From positions 1,290,001-1,322,000 of the forward strand of contig CP060262.1 of the NCBI GenBank assembly GCA_022646745.1: a stretch of 32,000 nt of DNA. Direction: 5' to 3'. The DNA comes from Planctomycetales bacterium. Lineage in GTDB: Bacteria > 4484-113 > JAFGCY01. Both the position numbers and the translations under genes were made by a program. Shown piece by piece: positions 1-6,499 of the stretch (positions within the stretch are counted from its first letter, which is position 1; the number at the start of each line of letters is the position of its first letter). The notes beneath the pieces are model-generated. The model had not been told where the DNA came from. It did no database searches and worked only from the letters and a program-made list of their open reading frames with translations.

Positions 1-2
1 CC

Positions 3-524
3 ACGCATGGCACCCTCAAGCGCCCCGGCGATGCCGACTGGAAGGAGGAGGAGCAGGTCGTCTTCAACTGGTTCGGTGACAAGTCCGACCCGATTGTGCT
101 GATCCAGTGCCGCGTTGACAGCTTCGAGGATGACCTCGAGCAGAGCGCCTACGACATCTTCTGCGACACCCTGCTTTCCAACTGGCTCAACTCAGATGAC
201 AACTACACCGTGCTTGATCCGCCGCTGCCGCGCAGTGAGGGAGAACCGCGCCGCACGCGCAGCATGCTCGGCTCGCATACCTGGAACCTGATCCAGATTG
301 ACGACCACTCCGATGCCAACGGCGGCAAGATCTACTACTCGATCTTCTGCACCTACAGCGGCAGGGACATCTACACCATCAGCTTCTACTACCTCAATCC
401 GATGACCAAGGAAGACACCCGCGTCAAGGATTTCGGCAAGCCGCTGCTGGAGAGCTTCCGCATCGCCGGTGAGGGCAGTGCCGTGGAGGAGGATGAGATG
501 GCGGCTGAGGACGGCGCTGCCTAG
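3..524 (+). CDS. hypothetical protein, N-terminus outside the window
   Basis: The frame is open from base 3 with no stop before the listed ORF at 96. It ends at TAG 522-524. There is no in-frame ATG near the left edge. No motif recognised. Confidence 0.55.
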   Translation, partial: THGTLKRPGDADWKEEEQVVFNWFGDKSDPIVLIQCRVDSFEDDLEQSAYDIFCDTLLSNWLNSDDNYTVLDPPLPRSEGEPRRTRSMLGSHTWNLIQIDDHSDANGGKIYYSIFCTYSGRDIYTISFYYLNPMTKEDTRVKDFGKPLLESFRIAGEGSAVEEDEMAAEDGAA

Positions 525-1153
525 CGCAGGATCGTTGCCAGCCTCATTTCAAAGTCCTCACGGGTCATCTCCGTCGTGACGTAGCCGACAACCTTGCCGT
601 CACGGTCAAGGAAGAAGGTGGATGGGAATGCGCTCAGGCCGAGCTTTTCCTTGACATCCACGCTGTGGTACATCGGGATCTCAAACCCCTTCTCCTTCCA
701 GAAGTCCTCGGCGGCCTTGCTGTCAACGGAGACCGCGATCATGTCGAACTCGGCCTTGCGCTCCTTGTAGACCTCATTCAGAGCGGGCAGTTCGTCCACG
801 CAGGGCGGGCACCAGTCACCCCAGAAGTTGACAACCAGCGGCCTGCCGTAGAAGGAGCTGATACCAAGCACCTCGCCGTCCGCACGGCGCACGCTGAATT
901 CCGGCATCGAACGCGCTGAGGAAGCACCGTCTGATTCCGATCCACCGCCGGGATTGGCCTGCTCGCCTGCTGCATTCTCTTTGGATGCGGCTGCATCCTG
1001 CTCGAGCTTGTTTTCTGTGACGTAAGCCTGGCCTTCCTGATCTTGAGCGAGGGTTTTTGCATTGCCGGCCTGTTCTTCGGCGGTCTTGTTGCAGGAAACG
1101 GCCAGCAGCAGTATCGCTGCCAGGGAAAGGATAATCAGCTGGATGGCTTTCAT
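521..1153 (-). CDS. TlpA/ResA-like thioredoxin-fold thiol:disulfide oxidoreductase lipoprotein, Cys form (WCPPC)
   Basis: Part of ORF 521..1234. Start moved to ATG 1151-1153, which gives the signal peptide and lipobox MKAIQLIILSLAAILLLAVSC-NK. Active site is NFWGDWCPPC and the cis-Pro loop is AFPSTFFL. Confidence 0.85.
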   Translation of the reverse strand: MKAIQLIILSLAAILLLAVSCNKTAEEQAGNAKTLAQDQEGQAYVTENKLEQDAAASKENAAGEQANPGGGSESDGASSARSMPEFSVRRADGEVLGISSFYGRPLVVNFWGDWCPPCVDELPALNEVYKERKAEFDMIAVSVDSKAAEDFWKEKGFEIPMYHSVDVKEKLGLSAFPSTFFLDRDGKVVGYVTTEMTREDFEMRLATILR

Positions 1154-1257
1154 GGTCAGTCGTCCACTCCGGGAATTACAGGTTTCAGATGATATCAGGC
1201 GCACGGTTCTGTGCCCCTGTCCTGATTGACGCAATCGAAGGCTGACTGTTCGTCGCT

Positions 1258-1854
1258 TCAGCGCGTGATTTCCGCCAGCTTGGCTTCGAACTCCTCAGCA
1301 CTGATCTCCCCGAGGTGCTCATCCACCACTTCACCCTCGCGGTTGATGAAGAAGGTATGCGGGATGCCATGCACGCCGTACATGTCACCCCAGTCGCCAT
1401 CCAGTCCCCACGGGAAGGTGTAGCCGCTCTGCTGCATCCAGGGAACCGGTTCCTTCGCGCGGTGCGAGGCCAGGGCCAGCAGCTCGAACTCGCCGCTGTG
1501 CTGCTTGTACATCTGCTCAAACACGGGAAACTCCCGCTTGCAGGGCTCTCACCACTCGCCCCAGAAGTTCAGCACCAGTGGCGTCCCGATGAAACGGGAT
1601 GCCTCCATCGGGCTGCCATCCGGGCTCGTGTATTTCGCTGTCAGCAGCGGGCTGCTCTCTGCCACTTCCGGCACCACTGGGCTGTCGCCGGGCGAGTCCT
1701 TGATAGGCTGGCCTGCAGCAGCTGCATCGTCCGCATTGCCTTGGACCGTGGAATGAACGCCATCCGCTGAGCCGGAAGAGTCCTGTGGCTGTTTATTGCA
1801 GGAAGCCAGAAGCAGCAATGCGATGCAAGGCAGCAATAGCTGGATGCGAATCAT
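1258..1854 (-). CDS. TlpA/ResA-like thioredoxin-fold lipoprotein, predicted selenoprotein (W-U-E-P-C; in-frame TGA at 1549-1551)
   Basis: ORFs 1549..1863 and 1258..1524 are in the same frame and separated only by the TGA. The read-through gives [23 protein letters not shown], which is colinear with the neighbouring WCPPC paralog. The C-terminal part carries the cis-Pro loop GIPHTFFI. Lipobox is LLLASC-NK. Start set at ATG 1852-1854, which has AGGAG 11 nt upstream. GTG at 1863 is an alternative start. Confidence 0.8.
1524..1536 (-). promoter_or_regulatory. putative bacterial SECIS hairpin (mRNA CGGGA-GUU-UCCCG)
   Basis: A 5-bp stem with a GUU loop begins 12 nt 3' of the UGA at 1549-1551. The stem may extend with G-U pairs and bulges. 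Confidence 0.6.
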
Positions 1855-1884
1855 GTAATGCACTGCTCCTGTCGCGATCCGGGC

Positions 1885-2418
1885 TTACTTGATGAGCTTG
1901 GCCAGCTTAGCCTCAAACTCATCGTGTCCCATCATGCCGACCTGCTGGTCAACCAGGTTGCCCTCAGCATCGATGAAGAAGGTATGCGGAATGCCGCTCA
2001 CACCGAACTTCGTGCCGCCATTGACATCGTGCACCATCGGGAAGCTGTAGCCGTTCTGGCTCCAGAAGCCTTCCGCATCCTGCGATGTCGGCGCGGCTAC
2101 TGCCAGCAGCTCGAACTGACCCTGGTGCGCTTCGTAACTTTTCTGGAAATCAGGTAACTCCTGAACGCAGTACCCTCACCAGTCGGCCCAGAAGTTCACG
2201 ACAAGTGGCTTGCCGAGGTACTGGGCCGTGGTCTGGGTCTGTCCACCCGTGGTCTTGAAGCTGAAATCCGTGGCCGGGTTGGGTTGCAGGGCATTGCCCC
2301 CGCTGCTGACCGTGCCACCACCACCGGAACCAGCCTGGTTGGTCTTGTTGCAGGAGAAGCCCAGCCCGGTCACCAGGACCAGGGCCAGCAGCAACATCCT
2401 TGCAGTGATCTGTTGCAT
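1885..2418 (-). CDS. TlpA/ResA-like thioredoxin-fold lipoprotein, predicted selenoprotein (W-U-G-Y-C; in-frame TGA at 2176-2178)
   Basis: ORF 2176..2418 ends in VVNFWADW followed by TGA. The same frame continues GYCVQELPDFQKSYEAHQGQFELLAVA...GIPHTFFIDAEGNLV...AKLIK to TAA at 1885-1887. Total length is 534 nt, which is in frame. Lipobox is LGFSC-NK. Confidence 0.8.
2150..2164 (-). promoter_or_regulatory. putative bacterial SECIS hairpin (mRNA UCAGG-AGUUA-CCUGA)
   Basis: A 5-bp stem with an AGUUA loop begins 11 nt 3' of the UGA at 2176-2178. Confidence 0.6.
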
Positions 2419-2527
2419 TGTTCACCTCGCGGCCACGTGCCATGCGGCCGCTTCATAGTGATATTACAGTATCGGGCTGGCGATCGCTGCCTCTGCCAGC
2501 CATTCTGTGGAGAATTCCGGGACGAGC

Positions 2528-2556
2528 TTGACTTTAAACTGACTGGTCAGTATAGT
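2528..2556 (+). promoter_or_regulatory. sigma-70-like promoter of tetR (TTGACT, 17 nt, TATAGT)
   Basis: The -35 element TTGACT is at 2528-2533 and the -10 element TATAGT is at 2551-2556, with a 17-nt spacer. The only plausible tetR start (GTG 2563) lies 7 nt after the -10 element, implying a leaderless or near-leaderless mRNA. Confidence 0.6.
2538..2551. promoter_or_regulatory. candidate TetR operator (ACTGAC-tg-GTCAGT)
   Basis: Perfect 6-bp inverted repeat located inside the promoter spacer, directly upstream of tetR. Confidence 0.55.
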
Positions 2557-2562
2557 TTTTCC

Positions 2563-3156
2563 GTGAGTGATTCACCAAAACGCGGGGCGCGCGAGAAGCT
2601 GATAGCTGCGGCGACGGAGTTGATCCGGCGTAACGGCTACAGCGCGACCAGCGTGGACAGCATCGTGGAAGCGGCCGGGGTCAGCAAGGGCAGCTTCTTC
2701 TACCACTTCGAGGGCAAGGAGGCACTGACCACCGCCTGCCTCGAGAACTGGGACCGGATGACCACCGGCATGCTGGCGGACGCGCCATTCATGCAGCTGG
2801 AGGACCCAGTGCAGCGCCTGCAGGGCTGCCTGGAATTCTTCATCATGGTGTTCTCCGATGCCCGCCAGTATCCCTCCTGCCTGGTCGGTACCACGGTGCA
2901 GGAGGTGGCGGACAGCAGCCCGACGCTGCGGGAGGCGGCCCGTACCTGCTTTTCGCATGCAGCCGGGCAGATCGGGGGACTGATCGCCGGGGCCGCGCAG
3001 GCGCGTGGCAGGGAACTGGACAGCATGGGCCTCGCGAACCTGTGGATGGCCACCCTGCAGGGTTCGCTCCTGATGGCCAAGGCCAGCGGGGATCCGGCCC
3101 GGATCCCGGCAAACCTGCGCAGCCAGCGGGACTACATCCTCGGGCTGCTTGGATAG
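2563..3156 (+). CDS. TetR/AcrR family transcriptional regulator
   Basis: N-terminal HTH region REKLIAAATELIRRNGYSATSVDSIVEAAGVSKGSFFYHFEGKEAL. Length is about 197 aa counted from GTG 2563. The longer ORF starting at 2284 overlaps the divergent gene and is rejected. Confidence 0.85.
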   Translation: MSDSPKRGAREKLIAAATELIRRNGYSATSVDSIVEAAGVSKGSFFYHFEGKEALTTACLENWDRMTTGMLADAPFMQLEDPVQRLQGCLEFFIMVFSDARQYPSCLVGTTVQEVADSSPTLREAARTCFSHAAGQIGGLIAGAAQARGRELDSMGLANLWMATLQGSLLMAKASGDPARIPANLRSQRDYILGLLG

Positions 3157-3269
3157 GCAGCAGGGAGCAGAAAGCAGGGAGCAGACTCCCTTGTTCGATA
3201 CATCAAGTCTGCCTGCTGCTTTCAGCCAGCTGCTCACTGATTAATCTGACAACACTTCGGGAGAACAGG

Positions 3270-3788
3270 ATGACGATAGCGGAAGCGATTCTGATGGAGA
3301 TCGAACAGGAGGCCATTGCCACGCGCAAGTGCCTCGAGCGCATCCCGGCCGACAGGCTGGACTGGAAGCCGGCGGAGAAGTCGATGAGCGCCGGCGAGCT
3401 GGGCATGCACATTGCCACTTCCCCGAGCGGGATCCTGTGGATGATGATGCAGGACGAAACCGGCTTCCCCGACCCGCCGGCCGAGAAGCCGGCGATCACG
3501 CATGCCGGCATCATGCAGGCCTTCGAGGACAGCCTTGCCAGGCAGCGTGAGACCTTCCCTGGCCTGACTGACGAGTTCATGACGGCGGAGTGGAAGTTCC
3601 TCAAGGATGGCAAGGTGCTGATGGCCCTGCCGCGTGTGGCCTTCGCTCGCATGGTGCTGCTCAGCCACATCTACCACCACCGTGGCCAGCTCAGCGTCTA
3701 CCTGCGCCAGCTGGATGTACCGGTGCCGAGCATCTACGGACCGAGCGCGGATGAGCTGCCGCCCTTCATGCAGGAAGCCGCAGGGTAG
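3270..3788 (+). CDS. DinB-family (DinB_2-like) four-helix-bundle protein
   Basis: Starts at ATG 3270 with GGGAGA upstream. Sequence MTIAEAILMEIEQEAIATRKCLERIP...LLSHIYHHRGQLSVYLRQL carries the typical DinB His motif. Confidence 0.75.
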   Translation: MTIAEAILMEIEQEAIATRKCLERIPADRLDWKPAEKSMSAGELGMHIATSPSGILWMMMQDETGFPDPPAEKPAITHAGIMQAFEDSLARQRETFPGLTDEFMTAEWKFLKDGKVLMALPRVAFARMVLLSHIYHHRGQLSVYLRQLDVPVPSIYGPSADELPPFMQEAAG

Positions 3789-3821
3789 GAGCTAGGACAT
3801 AGGACAAATTCAGAATTCAGG

Positions 3822-3999
3822 GTAGCGGTGGCGCCTTGCGCCAATTGAGAGAGACTGCCGAATCATTCAGATTCAGACATTCCCGGCAGGTGGTGCTTGT
3901 CATTGCATGCGCGATGAACCAATCAGGGATCGCTTATATGAAGACGGTCACAGAACTACGGGAGATGCCCTTTCAATTGGCGCGAGGCGCCACCGCTAC
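3822..3999. repeat. 26-bp inverted repeat enclosing 126 nt
   Basis: Left arm 3822-3847 (gtagcggtggcgccttgcgccaattg) matches right arm 3974-3999 (caattggcgcgaggcgccaccgctac) at 25 of 26 positions. Confidence 0.8.
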
Positions 4000-4016
4000 A
4001 AATATTCGCTCGCTGA

Positions 4017-4247
4017 TTGCGCGATGCATCTTCATGGGCAGCGATGCAACTTCAGCGCGACCCGGGTGCGCGGATGCGCAGCCGCAGCGCCAGACCGAAT
4101 TCTCTTACCCGCTCATGCAAGCATTCGCGGGTCTGCAAACCGGAGCGAAGCAAGCTTCACTCCTCTTGCCCGATGCATCTTCATGGGCAGCGATGCAACT
4201 TCAGCGCGACCCGGATGCGCGGATGCGCAGCCGCAGCGCCAGACCGA
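4017..4247 (+). repeat. two copies of an 82-bp direct repeat, period 149 bp
   Basis: Copy 1 is 4017-4098 and copy 2 is 4166-4247. They differ at 2 positions. The ORFs listed here (3836..4336, 3907..4317) merely translate the repeat. Confidence 0.85.
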
Positions 4248-4285
4248 TGAGTGCTTGCACGAAGCGGCAGCCAGAAAAGGAAGAA

Positions 4286-4315
4286 CCCCGCATTTCTGCG
4301 GGGTCTTTCTCTTTT
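4286..4315 (+). terminator. rho-independent terminator
   Basis: Hairpin ccccgca-tttc-tgcgggg followed by tctttctctttt. Confidence 0.7.
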
Positions 4316-4426
4316 AAAATCCGCTCTTCTTTTTGAGCACTGCGTTGTACAGAGATGATACAGGTTCTGACCATCCGTGTGGTTTGGCCTGCGTAAAATG
4401 ACAACCAATACAAAGTAAAAAATTAA

Positions 4427-4629
4427 GTGGTCAGTGGTCAGTGGTCAGTGGGAGTGGGCAGTGGGAGGTCAGGCCCATGGCCTGACAGGTATACGGTCCC
4501 ATGGACCGCATGAGTGCGCAGAAGGCAGAAGGCAGTGGGTAGAAGCAGAATGAGAAACAGAAGCAGAAGCAGCCGCCGGTTCATTGCTATGGATTCAGCC
4601 TGACCACTGACTACTGACTACTCACCACT
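4427..4629. repeat. tandem 9-mer (gtggtcagt x3) with an inverted degenerate partner array, enclosing two CCCATGG-centred hairpins and (gcagaag)n
   Basis: Left array starts at 4427 and extends to about 4465. The inverted partner array is at about 4599-4629 (cctgaccactgactactgactactcaccac). Hairpin 1 is at 4468-4486 and hairpin 2 at 4494-4508. Confidence 0.7.
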
Positions 4630-4662
4630 AAAAAAAATCCCCCACATTGCTGCGGGGGTTTT
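4630..4662 (-). terminator. strong rho-independent terminator (minus strand)
   Basis: The minus-strand RNA reads aaaaCCCCCgcagcaatgtGGGGGa followed by 8 U. On the plus strand only 4 U follow, so the element is weak in that direction. Confidence 0.75.
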
Positions 4663-5008
4663 GTACTTGTCAAACGCTCCGTATTCTCGGAGTTCCATAC
4701 CAGTTGCCTTTCCATCCAGGCTTCCCAATCAATCCTGCCCTGCTGTGTGGGCTTACAAGGTGAAGGCCTTTTTGGCCCCGCCGGTGTTCCCATATCCACC
4801 GGCACCTCGTTATGGCCCCGATGATACATCTTCTGCTTTGATCTGAGGTTCAGCCCCGGTGAAAAGATTGTCAACTGAGGATTAACTTCACTGCATTTCC
4901 GGGAATCCGCACATGGATATTCTGCACAGCGTGGGTTATCCACATGTTGTCAATGCTGTTAATGCCCTCTATGCTCCCTTTAAGCCAGTCTGCATTCCGA
5001 TACGTACG

Positions 5009-6490
5009 TCAGCCTGTCGCCAGGTCGGCGTCATCGTCCACCGGCCGGGCATTGCTGGATTCACTGCGCAGGAACAATCCGGTCAGCAGCCAGGGGATGC
5101 CGGCGGAGAGCAGCAGTGCGCCCATGATCATGTAGCCATCCATGCTGTAGCGGAAGGTGAGGATCTGCTCGAAGCCCGGGAAGGGCCCGAATGCAAAGGC
5201 CTGGGTGCTCAGCTCCAGCAGGTTCTGGTACTTCTGCGTAAGCACGAATGGCACGACGGAGCAGTAAAGCGCCAGGCAGGTCAGCAGCGCATACAGCACG
5301 GCGGGCAGGGGACCGCGCCGTCCCATGATGAACAGCATCGCGAACAGGCCGAGGATGCCCATGATCGGCACCGGAGCTGCGATCCAGGCGATCCCGCTGC
5401 CGGGATGCATCAGCGGGGCAGTGGCGAACAATGGCCCATAGGTTATCTCCTCGCCGATTATGACCCTTGGTTTTCCTCCAAGCGGGTAGGGACCGTATCC
5501 GTAGCTGTGCATGCTCAGGTTCCGGCGCGCGTTCAGGAATGGGCCAGGAGATTTATAGGTCCAGTGGGCGACGACAGGATTTTCAAGGGACCAGCCAGGC
5601 GGCAGTTTCCCGTTGGTTCGCACGTGGCTTGCCATCTTCTTTTCGATCAACTCCAGATCAGTAACCGCCCCGAGATAGATGCTCTCGCTGTCCTCGCGTA
5701 CGTCCTGCACCGGATAGGGTTGAGTGACGTCCACCCGGCGCATGGCAGAAGGTCCGGTCGTCCACAGGAATACAAGCACCAGTGACAGCATGGCAGGAAT
5801 GCCAGCCCTGCGCCAGCGCGGCATAAGGAATCCGGCGATGATCCCGGCAAGCATCACTCCACCAAGCATCACGGTTATCCAGGCAAAAACGCCATCCAGC
5901 CGGCCGGACACACTGCTGTAGCCATATTCAGTCAGCAGCGGCTCCAGCAGTATCAGTCCTCCGAACAGGATCAGGGTGTGGATCAGTTTGTACTGCAGCA
6001 GCCTGGCAATCAACACACCCAGGCCGAGCCGCCAGGCATCCAGCACGCCACGGGCCAGTACGTAGAAGAACATGCCCCGGCTGATTGCCAGCAGCAGCCA
6101 GCAGCTGATTGCCAGCGGGCTGAACTGGTTTGGCAATACCCCGGGATTGTACATTGTCCGGCTGTACTCCCGGGAAATCCCCTGCAGGTAACCGGACAGG
6201 GCATCGCCAAGCAGGGCCAGTGCGAACCAGAACATCAACCAGCCCAGTTCGCGCCATTCCTCGCGGTTTGGCTTGCGGTGCAGGGTGGCAACCACCTGGT
6301 CGGCGATATGCGCCGCCGACAGTTTGCGCCGCACTTTAGGTTCCGCCAGTTTCGCCTCGGCGGCCCTGGCTGCATCGCTGCCCTCGTCAGCCTGCAGGCA
6401 GTCCAGGTGGTCCGACAGTTCGCTGGCAATCTCCGAGTGCCGCTGGGGTGACAGCCCCCAGTCATCAGGATGTCCGAAGCGTGTATCCAT
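5009..6490 (-). CDS. multi-pass membrane protein with a PadR-associated N-terminal helical domain (paralog B)
   Basis: 493 aa. The first 51 residues are identical to the upstream paralog, followed by many hydrophobic segments. The ATG lies 9 nt after the stop of the preceding gene. Confidence 0.75.
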   Translation of the reverse strand: MDTRFGHPDDWGLSPQRHSEIASELSDHLDCLQADEGSDAARAAEAKLAEPKVRRKLSAAHIADQVVATLHRKPNREEWRELGWLMFWFALALLGDALSGYLQGISREYSRTMYNPGVLPNQFSPLAISCWLLLAISRGMFFYVLARGVLDAWRLGLGVLIARLLQYKLIHTLILFGGLILLEPLLTEYGYSSVSGRLDGVFAWITVMLGGVMLAGIIAGFLMPRWRRAGIPAMLSLVLVFLWTTGPSAMRRVDVTQPYPVQDVREDSESIYLGAVTDLELIEKKMASHVRTNGKLPPGWSLENPVVAHWTYKSPGPFLNARRNLSMHSYGYGPYPLGGKPRVIIGEEITYGPLFATAPLMHPGSGIAWIAAPVPIMGILGLFAMLFIMGRRGPLPAVLYALLTCLALYCSVVPFVLTQKYQNLLELSTQAFAFGPFPGFEQILTFRYSMDGYMIMGALLLSAGIPWLLTGLFLRSESSNARPVDDDADLATG

Positions 6491-6499
6491 GTCCGTCCC

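Noticed and set aside
1549-2178. Interpreting the split thioredoxin ORFs as pseudogenes created by nonsense mutations
   Set aside because: Three independent paralogs carry the stop at exactly the first CxxC cysteine. In every case the stop is TGA, the downstream frame stays open and protein-like to a normal C-terminus, and a hairpin follows at a fixed distance. Random decay would not produce this pattern.
2284-2562. The long 290-aa version of the TetR ORF starting at 2284
   Set aside because: The N-terminal extension overlaps the divergent selenoprotein gene and has an implausible composition. The HTH begins right after GTG 2563, and a consensus promoter lies inside the extension.
3836-4336. 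ORFs 3836..4336, 3907..4317 and 4017..4250 as protein-coding genes
   Set aside because: They are translations of the 82-bp direct repeats in different frames. They lack an RBS and have non-protein-like composition.
4017-4629. A CRISPR array formed by the 82-bp repeats or the 9-mer arrays
   Set aside because: The repeat lengths (82 bp; 9-10 bp) and copy numbers (2; 3-4 contiguous units with no spacers) do not fit CRISPR architecture. No cas genes are present.
4630-5008. Identification as tmRNA (a GGGGCUGA-like string on the minus strand), RNase P RNA, or a TPP or cobalamin riboswitch
   Set aside because: There is no tRNA-like 3' end or T-arm, no GAGGAAAGUCC-type P4 motif, and no CUGAGA or B12-box cores. 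Only short chance similarities were found.
4913-5785. Large antisense ORFs opposite real genes: 4913..5785, 7052..7879, 10330..11208, 13230..14132, 15755..16549, 16849..17799, 17863..18828, 20048..20638, 21426..22664, 28729..29493 and others
   Set aside because: These are typical GC-rich shadow ORFs. Their composition is Arg/Ala/Gly/Pro-heavy and motif-free, and each lies opposite a frame with clear family signatures.
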